From assembly GCA_963764165.1 (NCBI GenBank), contig CAVXRD010000001.1:512001-576000 (forward strand): a DNA stretch of 64,000 nt. The letters run 5' to 3'. This stretch comes from an uncultured Verrucomicrobiae bacterium. GTDB lineage: Bacteria > Verrucomicrobiota > Verrucomicrobiia > Limisphaerales > Palsa-1400. This document shows, piece by piece, positions 29,261 through 39,460 of the stretch. The translations under genes and the position numbers were made by a program. Position 1 is the stretch's first letter. Every line of letters begins with the position of its first letter. The notes below the pieces were generated by a model. The model searched no databases, was not told the DNA's origin, and was given only the letters and a program-made list of their open reading frames with translations.

Positions 29261-30502
29261 TTATTTCCCCAACAACAGAATGCACGCAATGAGCGAAATA
29301 GGCATCACCACCAAACCGACTTTTAGGAATTCCCATGCGGAAATCTTCACGCCCTCGCGCCGCAACGCCATCAGCCAGAGAATCGTCGCCAGCGAGCCAG
29401 TCACGGAAAGATTCGGCCCCAAATCCACGCCGATGAGCGTTGAGTTGATGATCCACGATTGCGTTTGCGTTCCGTGGAGCACGTTTCCGCAGATCAAGCC
29501 GACGGGCAGATTGTTCATGACGTTCGAGAGCAGTCCAACGCCGCCAGCCGCCATCATTTTCCCCACTGCGAATTCCTGCTTCTCCAAAAACTTCACGCTT
29601 TGATGGGCCAGGTCCGACACTCCCGCCCCCTGCAACGCTTCAACAATCACAAACAATCCGGCCACCAACGGAATGACGGACCACGAAACTCCCTTCGCGA
29701 TTTTCAGCGGAACGCGGCTGTCGCGCGTGGCGACCAGCGCCGTCGCAACGACGGCGGCGACGCAAGTTGGCGCGCCCAGCGGCCATCCCAGCGCGGATGC
29801 CACCATCAACGACACTGCCGCAAGGACAAGACCGCCCAGGGCCAGCCGGCCTTCCAGCGTTAGCTTCGTCTGGCGAAGCGTCTCGCGAATCGGCTGATGC
29901 AGTCGTTTTCCTGACAGCCAGCGCAGGCAGAAAAATGTCACTATGATCGACACGAGTGACGGGGCGAGGAAGATTTTCATCCACTCCCACAGTCGCGGCA
30001 TGCCCTGGCTGAAAATCACCAGATTGGCGGGGTTGGAAATGGGGAGCACGAAGCTGGCCGCATTCGCAATGAGAGCGCAGCCGAGAAGATGCGGCACAGG
30101 ATCCACTTTCAATCGCCGCACAATTGTCAAAACAGCCGGCGTCAACACAACAGCGGTGGCGTCGTTCGAGAGAAAAATAGTCACCACTGTCCCGGCAAGG
30201 TAAACGAGTAAAAACAAACGCGTCGCGGAATCCCTCGCTTGGCTGGCGGCGATTTCCGCGATCCAATCGAAGACTCCTTTTTCGCGGGCCAGTTCCGACA
30301 GCAGCATCATGCCGGTCAGGAACAGATAAACATCGAGTCCCTTGAGCACCGCGCTTCCGGCTTGCCGGGGAGTGATCAGAGCGCAAAGCAGCAAGACGGC
30401 CGCGCCGCCGCAAGCCCACCAGGCTTCAGCAATGTCGCGCGGGCGGAACAAAACGCAGGCGATGGCCGCCAGCGAGATTATCCAAACCAATCCAGAACTC
30501 AT
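29261..30502 (-). CDS. ArsB/NhaD-superfamily permease (arsenite/anion transporter-like)
   Basis: FLSNDATAVVLTP, ANAASFVLPISNPANL, NVMNNLP, GVDLGPNLSVTGSLATILW. Confidence 0.85.
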   Translation of the reverse strand: MSSGLVWIISLAAIACVLFRPRDIAEAWWACGGAAVLLLCALITPRQAGSAVLKGLDVYLFLTGMMLLSELAREKGVFDWIAEIAASQARDSATRLFLLVYLAGTVVTIFLSNDATAVVLTPAVLTIVRRLKVDPVPHLLGCALIANAASFVLPISNPANLVIFSQGMPRLWEWMKIFLAPSLVSIIVTFFCLRWLSGKRLHQPIRETLRQTKLTLEGRLALGGLVLAAVSLMVASALGWPLGAPTCVAAVVATALVATRDSRVPLKIAKGVSWSVIPLVAGLFVIVEALQGAGVSDLAHQSVKFLEKQEFAVGKMMAAGGVGLLSNVMNNLPVGLICGNVLHGTQTQSWIINSTLIGVDLGPNLSVTGSLATILWLMALRREGVKISAWEFLKVGLVVMPISLIACILLLGK

Positions 30503-30645
30503 TCGCGCTACAAAATATCTCCGCGCTTTCGCCAGCCGCAAGAGTGCCGCACAAATTTCTTTCTCCTTTTGGCAACCGGTTGCAACGACGTTTTGAGCTT
30601 ATCGGCGCCGCGGTGCGCGCGGTCGTCACCGCGGCCGCGATGAAT

Positions 30646-30813
30646 GGAAAAAGAATTGAACAGAAGGACACGAAGCACACAAAGAAAAGCAAGAACCGGG
30701 AATTTCCTTTTTCTTGGTTAGCGCCTCAATAAAAACCTGCATCCATAAATAGCGGGAGCCATCGCCTTGCCCTCTTTGAGTCCTTTGTGTCCTTCTGTTC
30801 AATTCTTTTTTCC
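30646..30813. repeat. Long inverted repeat (~48-bp arms), MITE/REPIN-like
   Basis: GGAAAAAGAATTGAACAGAAGGACACGAAGCACACAAAG...CTTTGAGTCCTTTGTGTCCTTCTGTTCAATTCTTTTTTCC. Confidence 0.75.
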
Positions 30814-30949
30814 CCTGTAATCCGACATGTCAAAAGCAAACAGACAAGGGCGGCAAAAATTCTGTCTCCACCCCAGCCGCCAGCATCCGTCCTAAATGAC
30901 TTTCTTTCCGCTCGGCCTGCGCGTATTCTTCTTACAGGCATAAGGATTT

Positions 30950-33340
30950 ATGTTTTGCGCTGCCACAGCCGCTCTGATTCGAGCCACCCGCACCTTGGTG
31001 CGCGGAGCCGCTGTTGTCATCTCGCTCGCTCTTGCATTCGGAGCCGCTGCGCAAACCAATAAGACTGGCGCAGATGTTTCCACCAGCGCGCCAGCTTCGA
31101 CGAACGAAGCCACTCTGTCGCTGCAAGTCATCGACGTGGAAACCAGCCAGCCCATTCCCGATGTCAAAATTCGCGCCTGGGTTCACGCCAGCCCGACGGA
31201 CAAGGGCGGCGTCAGCGTCATTCCGGTTCCCAAACCCACCTCCGAGAACTTCTCCTACAGAATCAGCCTGGCCAAGGATGGCTACGTGGGCGAAACCATC
31301 ACCTGGTCAAAAGGTCAAGGGGACAAGTTCACGGATATCCCGACCAATCTAGTCGCCAAGATGGAGAAAGGCGTGTCCATCGGCGGGACTGTCAAGAATG
31401 ACAATGGCGAACCCGTTCCGGGAGCGCGCGTCATTTTCTCCGGCATATCTTCGGCGGAAACCGATGACCGCGCGCGCAGCGTTATTGCTCCCAATTATCA
31501 CGTCGAGCGCACCGATGCCGAGGGCCATTGGCATTACGGCGAGGCGCCGCGCGATTTCGAGCGTTTGACCTTCCGCGTCGTGCATCCTGATTTTTTCCCG
31601 ACCCTTTTCGCGGCCGAGGGCGCGTTGGGCGACACCACCATTAAGATTTTGCCGAAAGCGGATTTTCTGGCCGGAAAGGCGGCGATGATTTTGGGACACG
31701 GCCTGGAATTGCTCGGAAAAGTTGTCGATCCAAACGGGAAACCAATCGCCGATGCCACCGTCACGCGCAATCACGAATGGCGCAATCCCGCCGCCCAGCT
31801 CATGACGGACACCAACGGCGAATTTAAAATTCTCAACCTAAGGCCCGGTGAAATGTATTTGACGGTTCAATCCCCGGGAATGGCCGGTTGGGCACAATTA
31901 TTGACGCTCAGCAATGGGATGCCGGATTTGAAAATTGAACTGGCGCGCGGCAATGTTTTCAATGGCCGCATCGTCGAACCATCCGGCAAACCCGTCATCG
32001 GCGCCACGGTGCAAATGGATCGCGAGGAGCGCGGGCCCATCGAATTCGAGTGGAGCGCGACGTCGGATAACGACGGGCGGTTCAGTTGGGATTCGGCGCC
32101 GGAGGGCCCTCATCCCTATTTGTTCATGGCGGGCGGATATCATCCTCGCTCTGAGCCGAGCATCATGGCGGATGGAAAGGAGCAGGTCTTTGTCATGCGC
32201 CGGGCATTGGATGGCGACCAAACGATCGTTGATGGCTTTGTCACGGACGCGGATACGAAGAAGCCGCTGACGGACTTCACCGTTTATGTGAAAAACTACA
32301 GCGGGCGCGCCATTTCGCATTCGCGGCAGTCGTCCACCACCACGGACGGGCATTATTCGGTTGGGGTTCCGTCGATGTCTGGCGGTTACGTCGTCACCAT
32401 TGGCGCGCCGGGTTACGCGGTGAAGGCGTCGCGGCTCAAGGACGTCGGCGACGGCGATCTGCGCATGGACTTTGCCATGAAGCCGGATCCCAGCGCGTCC
32501 GGCCGCTTATACACGCTGGCGGGACAATTTGTTCTCAACGATTACAAGGGCAGCGTTACCTGGACAAATCAGGCGTTCACCCTTGCCAACGTCGTGCCGG
32601 ATCCGCCTCTCAAGTCCGTGGATGAGGATGCAAGGCGTGAGGAATTGCAGGCTTTTTTGATGACCGATGAAGGGCGCGCCTGGCAGGATTCGCACCGCAC
32701 TTATGACGTGGAGGTGGACGCCACTGGCGCATTCAAAGTCGATGAATTGCCGGAAGGCCCGTATCACCTTGATGCGAATCTTCGCGACGGCCCGGCCGGC
32801 AAGAGCGAACCGATCGCCGGGCTATCGCTGGATCTTGATGTGCCAGGAAGCGCCCCGAAGACAAATGCAGTTGTTGACATTGGCACTATTCCGCTCGCTC
32901 CGAAAAAAGTGCTCCACCTTGGCGACGCCGCGCCGCTTTTTGAAGTGAAGACCGTCGATGGGACACCGCTTCGCCTGGCGGATTACCGCGGCAAGGTTGT
33001 GCTGCTGGATTTCTGGGCCACCTGGTGCGGGCCGTGCGTGGCGGAGACTCCTTACTTGAAGGCGACTTACAAAAAATTCGGCGGCCTCGATCGTTTCGCC
33101 ATCATCGGCCTGAGCCTCGATAACGACCCGTCCGCGCCGAAGGCATTCGCGGCCAAAGAAGGCGTAAAGTGGATTCAAGGCTTTCTCGGCCAATGGTCGA
33201 AGTCTGATGTTGCGCCGAAATATGGCGTAGAAGGCATTCCAGCGATTTTTCTGATCGACGCGGATGGAAGAATTCTGGCCAAAGATTTGCGCGGCGAAGC
33301 CATCAAGGAAGCTGTCGGCGCAGCGCTGGGGAATGACTGA
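30950..33340 (+). CDS. Exported protein with carboxypeptidase-regulatory-like repeats and C-terminal TlpA/redoxin domain
   Basis: Repeated 'G.V.D..G.P..GA.V'; APLFEV...GKVVLLDFWATWCGPC...YGVEGIP. Confidence 0.85.
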   Translation: MFCAATAALIRATRTLVRGAAVVISLALAFGAAAQTNKTGADVSTSAPASTNEATLSLQVIDVETSQPIPDVKIRAWVHASPTDKGGVSVIPVPKPTSENFSYRISLAKDGYVGETITWSKGQGDKFTDIPTNLVAKMEKGVSIGGTVKNDNGEPVPGARVIFSGISSAETDDRARSVIAPNYHVERTDAEGHWHYGEAPRDFERLTFRVVHPDFFPTLFAAEGALGDTTIKILPKADFLAGKAAMILGHGLELLGKVVDPNGKPIADATVTRNHEWRNPAAQLMTDTNGEFKILNLRPGEMYLTVQSPGMAGWAQLLTLSNGMPDLKIELARGNVFNGRIVEPSGKPVIGATVQMDREERGPIEFEWSATSDNDGRFSWDSAPEGPHPYLFMAGGYHPRSEPSIMADGKEQVFVMRRALDGDQTIVDGFVTDADTKKPLTDFTVYVKNYSGRAISHSRQSSTTTDGHYSVGVPSMSGGYVVTIGAPGYAVKASRLKDVGDGDLRMDFAMKPDPSASGRLYTLAGQFVLNDYKGSVTWTNQAFTLANVVPDPPLKSVDEDARREELQAFLMTDEGRAWQDSHRTYDVEVDATGAFKVDELPEGPYHLDANLRDGPAGKSEPIAGLSLDLDVPGSAPKTNAVVDIGTIPLAPKKVLHLGDAAPLFEVKTVDGTPLRLADYRGKVVLLDFWATWCGPCVAETPYLKATYKKFGGLDRFAIIGLSLDNDPSAPKAFAAKEGVKWIQGFLGQWSKSDVAPKYGVEGIPAIFLIDADGRILAKDLRGEAIKEAVGAALGND

Positions 33341-33347
33341 TTCCGGA

Positions 33348-33501
33348 GGTAGAGACGTCTCGCCGAGAGGTCCGGGGACGTGGAATTTTGCGGGCGTTGA
33401 ATTCGCGCAGAGCTAGGCCGGCCAAGAAGCTTTAGCGCGGAGTCTTAAAAAAAACGCGCCGGGAAACTGGCACAGCTTCGGACGCCCCGGCGAGGCGTTC
33501 C
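33348..33501. repeat. REPIN (degenerate GTAG-type REP pair)
   Basis: GGTAGAGACGTCTCGCCGAGAGGTCC ... GGACGCCCCGGCGAGGCGTTCC. Confidence 0.7.
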
Positions 33502-33556
33502 GGCCTTTTTTCGAGGTGGATGCGGGGATAAAAAGCGTGTAGGATATTCGCATAGG

Positions 33557-35494
33557 ATGCGTCATTGCGAATTCATACAATCACTCATGATTGCGGCTGT
33601 GGCTCTCGGCGGCATTGTCGGTGTCGCGCAAGCGCAGCCATCTGGCTTGGGCGTCAAAAATCTCGAACCGGCCGGCGAACAAAAGCGTCTGGTCAAAGTG
33701 AACGTCGTCGGCGATGTGGTCGACGACGCCACCGGTGAGCCGCTGGTGGGATTTTACCTGACGCAAGGGGAGCTCGATCGCGATCACGTTCATTTTGACT
33801 GGACTGAAAAAACCCGGCAACTCCTGACGCGCGGCCATTTCGTGGTCGAGATGGTCAAAGGCAAAACGCCGCCCGCCGTCCTCGTCGAGGCGGACGGCTA
33901 TCTTCCGCAATGCTCAGGACCCGTTCGCTCGCTGGACGCAAAGATGACTTTTCGCATGAAAAAAGGAAGCGGCGCGCATGGCGTCCTGCTGACTTCGGAC
34001 GGAAAGCCGGCGGCTGGGCGCGCTGTTTTTCTTGCGCGGGACCGGGAGCGTGATTTGGTGGCGCTGGAAGGCGCATCTTTGGCGCCGTCTCCGGCGTCGG
34101 CGCGGGTCCGCAACACTTTAACCGACAAAGACGGCAATTTTTCCTTCCCTCCGGATTTGGATGATTACGCCGTGGTCGTTTCGGACGAGGCTGGTTTTGC
34201 GATGGTGAAAATTGAGGCGCTGTCAACAAACGCTGAAGTTCGCTTGCAGCCATGGGCGCGCATCGAGGGCACTCTCATGATCGGGGCGAAGGCCGCCGCG
34301 AATGAAACCATCCGGCTGGCCGACGCCTTCAATTCCTACGCTTGGCATCCGCGCCTTCTTCCCCCCTACTCCATCGTCACCGATGCCAGGACGGACGGCT
34401 CGGGCCATTTTGTTTTCCCGCGTGTTCCTCCGGTGGATGTGAAAGTGTTCTATTCGCCGAGTGTTCGCCACTCCGGCGAGTCGGTGAACGCCATCACGGA
34501 AATTACGAATATCACGCTGGCGCCAGGCGAAAGCCGCGCGGTAACGATCGGCGGCCAGGGCCGTCCTGTCATTGGCAAAATGGAACTGAAGAATTACCCA
34601 AAGCCGATTCACTGGGAGGAACAGGTATTCTGGATTGAGTCCGTCGCGCCAGAACCGCCGGGAATTCCCACCTTCGACGACGCCAACAGAGAATTTCGCG
34701 CCGCACGCAGCCAGTCGCGGACTCCGGACCAAATGGAAGCCGCTGAAGCGCGCTTTTTGAAGAAGCGCGAGCAAATTTCCCTCGCCCTGCGCGATTACTA
34801 TTCAACGCCGGCGGGGCGTCAATACTGGTTTTCCAAGCGCAGCTATCTCCTGCGCTTTTCGCCGGACGGCTCTTTCCGCATCGACGATGTCCCTGGCGGG
34901 AAATACGAGCTTACAGTGGATCTTCGCGAAACGGTGGCAATCAAGGACCAGATTCACACGCCGCTGATCGACCTGCACAAACAGGAAGTCGACGTCCCCG
35001 CCTCGCCGGAGGGCAGAAGCGATGCGCCGCTGGATCTGGGCACCATCCGGCTGGTCGCACAATTGCACCCCGGCCAGCGCGCGGAGGATTTTGCGGTCAC
35101 AAATTCCGACGGCAGGAAAATCACGCTGGCCGAATACAAGGGCAAATGTCTGCTGCTGAATTTCTGGGCCAGTTGGAACGCGGCGTCGATGCAGGCATTG
35201 CCGGACTTGAAGGAGGCATTTGTCAAATATGGCAAAGAGCCGCGCTTCGCGATGCTGGGCATGTGCCTCGACACCAACTTCAGCGCGGCGGCGACCTTCG
35301 CCGCAGCCAACCACCTGGATTGGCCGCAGGCGAATTTGGGCGCGTGGTCGTCCACGGACCTGCCGGACCGCTACGGCGTCGAGAAGCTTCCCACCACGGT
35401 GCTGATTGATCCCAATGGCTTCGTCATCGCCAGCGACCTCCAGGGCGGTTACATTGAAGCCGCCATCGACTCAGCCCTTAACGCCCATGAATAA
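33557..35494 (+). CDS. Paralogous exported TlpA-like protein lacking the CxxC motif
   Basis: Same architecture as the upstream gene, but LLNFWASWNAASMQ replaces FWATWCGPC; YGVEKLP retained. Confidence 0.8.
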   Translation: MRHCEFIQSLMIAAVALGGIVGVAQAQPSGLGVKNLEPAGEQKRLVKVNVVGDVVDDATGEPLVGFYLTQGELDRDHVHFDWTEKTRQLLTRGHFVVEMVKGKTPPAVLVEADGYLPQCSGPVRSLDAKMTFRMKKGSGAHGVLLTSDGKPAAGRAVFLARDRERDLVALEGASLAPSPASARVRNTLTDKDGNFSFPPDLDDYAVVVSDEAGFAMVKIEALSTNAEVRLQPWARIEGTLMIGAKAAANETIRLADAFNSYAWHPRLLPPYSIVTDARTDGSGHFVFPRVPPVDVKVFYSPSVRHSGESVNAITEITNITLAPGESRAVTIGGQGRPVIGKMELKNYPKPIHWEEQVFWIESVAPEPPGIPTFDDANREFRAARSQSRTPDQMEAAEARFLKKREQISLALRDYYSTPAGRQYWFSKRSYLLRFSPDGSFRIDDVPGGKYELTVDLRETVAIKDQIHTPLIDLHKQEVDVPASPEGRSDAPLDLGTIRLVAQLHPGQRAEDFAVTNSDGRKITLAEYKGKCLLLNFWASWNAASMQALPDLKEAFVKYGKEPRFAMLGMCLDTNFSAAATFAAANHLDWPQANLGAWSSTDLPDRYGVEKLPTTVLIDPNGFVIASDLQGGYIEAAIDSALNAHE

Positions 35495-36218
35495 ATGCGC
35501 ATTACGCTCGCTCGCGGCGGCACTCGCTTTCGCCGCAGCCTGGGCAAGCGCGCGCGACGCGCAGACGCTGGCGCTGATCGAGCAGACGTATCTTGAGGCC
35601 AAGGCGGAATACAAAACCAATTCGTTGAGCGACGCCGCGGATCGCAAATTCGCCAGCGCCTGTTTCGACAAGGCCGACAACGCGCCGGATGACAAGGTCA
35701 GAGAAGCATTCGCGCAGGAGGGAATCGATGCCTGCCAGGCCTGGCTGGCCCGCGATCCGAAGAAAGGCGCTGCGCATTATTACCTCGGCATGAACCTCGC
35801 GCAGCTGGCGCGAACGAAAACGCTCGGGGCGCTTTCCGTTGTCAAACAGATGGAAAAGGAATGGCTGGCCACGCTGAACCTGGATCCGAATTGCGACTAC
35901 GCCGGGGCGGATCGCAATTTGGGTTTGTTGTATCGCGACGCGCCCGGCTTTCCGTTGAGCGTTGGCAGCAAGAGCAAGGCGGAGGCGTGCTTGCGGCACG
36001 CGATTCAACTTTCTCCCGAGTATCCGGAAAATTGGCTTAACCTGATCGAAACCCATTTGAAGCACAAACCGTCCTCCGTGCCGGACGAATTCGCGAAATT
36101 GAAAGCTTTGCTGCCCGCCGCGCGCAGACAATTTTCCGGGCTCGAGTGGCAAAGTTCCTGGCAGGATTGGGATCCGCGCATAAAAAAGATCGAGAGCAAA
36201 TTGGCCGAGTCGCAGTGA
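35487..36218 (+). CDS. Secreted TPR-like helical protein
   Basis: Signal peptide from ATG 35487 overlapping the upstream stop; AAHYYLG, AGADRNLGLLYRDAPG, AIQLSPEYPEN. Confidence 0.75.
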   Translation: MNKCALRSLAAALAFAAAWASARDAQTLALIEQTYLEAKAEYKTNSLSDAADRKFASACFDKADNAPDDKVREAFAQEGIDACQAWLARDPKKGAAHYYLGMNLAQLARTKTLGALSVVKQMEKEWLATLNLDPNCDYAGADRNLGLLYRDAPGFPLSVGSKSKAEACLRHAIQLSPEYPENWLNLIETHLKHKPSSVPDEFAKLKALLPAARRQFSGLEWQSSWQDWDPRIKKIESKLAESQ

Positions 36219-36219
36219 A

Positions 36220-36324
36220 GGTAGGGACGCCTCGCCAAGGCGTCCGGTTGCGTGTGGATATGCTAATGGGGCGCGGCGTGAATAGCGCCTCACCCCGGAC
36301 GCCTCGGCGAGGCGCTACCTTACC
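36220..36324. repeat. REPIN (GTAG-type REP pair)
   Basis: GGTAGGGACGCCTCGCCAAGGCGTCCGG ... CCGGACGCCTCGGCGAGGCGCTACC. Confidence 0.8.
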
Positions 36325-36365
36325 TGCCGCTTGACGATTTCTGCACGCCGGATTTTACTTGTGCC

Positions 36366-36713
36366 ATGCGAATTGTTTTTGGCTCGATGTGCGCGATAGT
36401 TTTATTGGTGGGATGCAGGCATCCCGCTCCGAGTCTTCAGGTGAACACGCCGCCGCCCGTTTCGCCCAAAACGTATGTCACGCCACACCTCGGCATCTCG
36501 GGCAGGGTGGAAATGGTCAATGACCAGGGGCGATTTGTCGTGCTGAGTTTTCCGCTCGGAAAAGTGCCGCTGCCGGGACAGCATTGGAGCATCCGCCACG
36601 CCGGATTGAAGATCGGCCGTGTCAAAATCACAGGCCCGCAGCGGGACGTCGATACGGTCGCCGATATTGTGGAAGGCCAGGCCAACGTCGGCGACGAAGC
36701 GGCGCCGGAATAA
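36366..36713 (+). CDS. Putative lipoprotein
   Basis: Hydrophobic N-terminus with LLVGC lipobox; beta-rich C-terminal domain. Confidence 0.75.
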   Translation: MRIVFGSMCAIVLLVGCRHPAPSLQVNTPPPVSPKTYVTPHLGISGRVEMVNDQGRFVVLSFPLGKVPLPGQHWSIRHAGLKIGRVKITGPQRDVDTVADIVEGQANVGDEAAPE

Positions 36714-36714
36714 T

Positions 36715-38439
36715 CTAAATATCGCGCGCCGGGGCAGTCGTGGGCGAGCCATCGACGGCCGGCAATTCCAGCCAGAAGCGGCTGCCGACGCCCACTTTCG
36801 ATTCAACTCCGCAAGCCCCGCCCATTCGCTGCAAGGCGCGGTCAACAATCGCCAGGCCAATGCCGCTTCCCGGGTAGTTTGCCGCGCGGAGACCTCGCTC
36901 AAAAATCCCGAAGATTTTTCGCTGGGCCTCTGGCGCGATGCCGATGCCGTTATCCTCCACCATGATGCGCACTTTGGAGCCGCTGGCCGCCTCGGTCCAA
37001 ATGGCGACGCGCGGAGTGGCCTCTGGCGGGATGAATTTCAGGGCGTTGTCAACAAGATTGGTGATGCATTGCTGCAGCAGGGTTCGCTGCGCCACGACTC
37101 CAAGCAGCGGCCGCTTCACCTCGATGAACTGGGATTTGGCGTCGCACATCAGGAGCGCGTCTGAAACAACCCCGTCCAGGTCAACGGGCGCAAGATGGAT
37201 TTCCTCGCGCGAGACTCGGCTCAATTCCAAAATGTCGCGTGTCAGCACGTCCAGCCGCTGGCAGGCGTGATTGAGCCGGGTGACAATGTCCTGGGCGCGT
37301 TCGGGCAGCGCGCTGGAGTAATCCTCCCTCAGCGCCTGGCAGTAGCCAATCAAGGCCCGGATGGGAGCGCGCAAGTCGTGCGCAAGCGTGTGGGAAAAGG
37401 TCTCAAGTTCGCGGATGATTTCGCGGAGCTTGGCCGTGCGATCCTCGACTTGACGCTCAAGCTCGCGGGCGTGCTGGCTCAATTGAACCTGGGCCGCGTG
37501 CAGTTGCCCGGCGGTCGCCTCCTTGGCCATGGCCACCGCCAGGTACTGGCTGATGGTGGAGAGAAGTTCCATTTCATCGGGTGGCAGCAGGACCCGGGTG
37601 CGGGTGGCAAGACACAGCAATCCAACGCGGTCCGCGCCGCTGAAAATCGGGAGGATCGCGCACGCCTGGAACCCGAGAAGTTGATAGAGGACCGCGTTGC
37701 CCGTGCGATCCTCCTTCAGATGATTCAACGCACAGGAGGAATTCGCCGCCAGCAGTGCCTGGCCGACCGGGGAATCTGCCGCCAGGATGCCAAACTGGCT
37801 TTCCTCCTTGGGGCTAATGCCGCCTTTGGCCGCCAGCCGGTATGTGGCCGCCCCTGCCGGGCGCAGGTAGAACATGTAGGTGTCAAAATCAAACTCCCCG
37901 GCGATTTTGCAAAACAGGTCGCGGATGGAATTGCGCGGCGCGGTCGACTCCAGAAGGTGCGCCAGCGCCCAGGCCAGGATGTTGTCGCGCTGGTGGCGGC
38001 GGCGCAGCGCCAAAGACTGCGATTCGCGCTGGCTGACGTCGTCAATAACAATAATCGTCCCGACAATTTCGCCAGCGTGCTGGAGCGGAGCGATGCGGGC
38101 GGTTTGCTGCATCTGCTTGAACCCGCTGTCGCCGGGGGAAAGCGGCAGGTCGATCAGATAGCCATGAAGGGCGGTGGAGAGCACGCTGACCTGCCCTTCC
38201 AGCGCGCGGGAGAGCCGGCCCTCCATCCCCCTGGCCGAAAGCTCGGGAAAAAGTTGGAAAACATTGGCGCCGACCACAGCCGCCGCCGACTTGCCGCTAT
38301 GGACTTCCATCCAGCGGTTCCAGCTCTGGATGACAAATTCCCGATCCGTGGTGATCACACCATACGGAGCGGAATTGTCGATCCAGGCCAGCATGGCCGC
38401 TTCCCTTGTGTTCGGGCTGGCGGCGCTCTCTTGAGACAT
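36715..38439 (-). CDS. Cytoplasmic PAS-GAF histidine kinase
   Basis: PAS (WNRWME..SG), GAF, HTLAHDLRAP, NLVDNALKF, DNGIGI, GSGIGLAI; start MSQES at 38439 preferred. Confidence 0.9.
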   Translation of the reverse strand: MSQESAASPNTREAAMLAWIDNSAPYGVITTDREFVIQSWNRWMEVHSGKSAAAVVGANVFQLFPELSARGMEGRLSRALEGQVSVLSTALHGYLIDLPLSPGDSGFKQMQQTARIAPLQHAGEIVGTIIVIDDVSQRESQSLALRRRHQRDNILAWALAHLLESTAPRNSIRDLFCKIAGEFDFDTYMFYLRPAGAATYRLAAKGGISPKEESQFGILAADSPVGQALLAANSSCALNHLKEDRTGNAVLYQLLGFQACAILPIFSGADRVGLLCLATRTRVLLPPDEMELLSTISQYLAVAMAKEATAGQLHAAQVQLSQHARELERQVEDRTAKLREIIRELETFSHTLAHDLRAPIRALIGYCQALREDYSSALPERAQDIVTRLNHACQRLDVLTRDILELSRVSREEIHLAPVDLDGVVSDALLMCDAKSQFIEVKRPLLGVVAQRTLLQQCITNLVDNALKFIPPEATPRVAIWTEAASGSKVRIMVEDNGIGIAPEAQRKIFGIFERGLRAANYPGSGIGLAIVDRALQRMGGACGVESKVGVGSRFWLELPAVDGSPTTAPARDI

Positions 38440-38477
38440 AGGTTTCAGCTTTGCAGAGGGACTCCGGCTTTCGCAAA

Positions 38478-39092
38478 TCAGGAAAGCTGGCGTTCCTCCC
38501 ATTTCTTCAATTCAATCATTAACCGCTCCAGCGATGTCACACTCAAAATGACGACCAGATAGCCAGAGACATCGCTCGTCTTGAGATGAAAGCGCGTGTG
38601 AATCATCAAGGCGAACTGGAGTTCGCGCTGCTCGATGGTGATGGACTCAATGACGTGCTGCACGTGTTCGATATGCAAATCCGGCACCGCAAAAGTGACC
38701 TGCACTTGCAGCAAATTGCCGAAGATTCCCAAACAGGCGTTCAGGACAATGTTGCCAACTTCCGTGATGACCTCGCGGGCGGCGCCGTCCAGTTCTGTCG
38801 CCCCCGGGCGTTTTGTCAACAATTGGTTCAACAGGAGGGCGGCGGATTTGTCGAGCAGCAGAATGGCGTCGCCCGCGATCGGCCCGCCAAAAACCTGATG
38901 CACGCTGGCCACTTCACCAGCGACGACCCCTTGCAGCAGCGGCGTGATTTCGGCAATCGGATGAATCGCCACGTGCGGCACCTCCAGGCTGATCTGGTGG
39001 CCGGAGAGTTCGGACAGGACACCGGCGGCGCGGGCGTAACCGATGTTGATCAGTTCCGTCAGCGCGTCCTTCTGGCTGGCTGTTAAGTCCAC
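38478..39092 (-). CDS. cheC: CheC-family phosphatase
   Basis: Two D/S-x3-E-x2-N motifs: DALTELINIG and EVITEVGNI. Confidence 0.88.
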   Translation of the reverse strand: MDLTASQKDALTELINIGYARAAGVLSELSGHQISLEVPHVAIHPIAEITPLLQGVVAGEVASVHQVFGGPIAGDAILLLDKSAALLLNQLLTKRPGATELDGAAREVITEVGNIVLNACLGIFGNLLQVQVTFAVPDLHIEHVQHVIESITIEQRELQFALMIHTRFHLKTSDVSGYLVVILSVTSLERLMIELKKWEERQLS

Positions 39093-39460
39093 GCCACCTC
39101 CCCGGCAAGGATTTTGTTCACGACGGAGATAAATTCCTCTTTGTTGAGCGGCTTGTTCAAAATGGCCGCCGCGCCCGATTCCTTGACTTGTTCGCGCGTC
39201 GATTTCTGAATGTCAGCCGTCACGATAATGACGGGAAGGGCCGGGTTGATCTGATGCAGTGTGGCCAGGACATCCTGCCCGCGCATGCCGTGCATCACCA
39301 TATCGAGGACGACTAAATCGTGCCGGTTGAGCGTGTAGCGCTCGAGGGCCGTGCTGCCGTTGTCCACATCTTCCACCGTGTGCCCGGCTTCTTCGAGCAT
39401 CTGACGCGTGAGCCGCCGTGCCAGGCCCGAATCATCCACGATCAATATTTTTGCGCTCAT
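39083..39460 (-). CDS. cheY: CheY-like single-domain response regulator
   Basis: ILIVDDS...VVLDMVM...TAD...KP, within the che operon. Confidence 0.85.
   Translation of the reverse strand: MSAKILIVDDSGLARRLTRQMLEEAGHTVEDVDNGSTALERYTLNRHDLVVLDMVMHGMRGQDVLATLHQINPALPVIIVTADIQKSTREQVKESGAAAILNKPLNKEEFISVVNKILAGEVAWT

Noticed and set aside
29261..30502. Arsenic-resistance operon
   Set aside because: No arsR, arsC or arsA nearby; the permease substrate cannot be assigned
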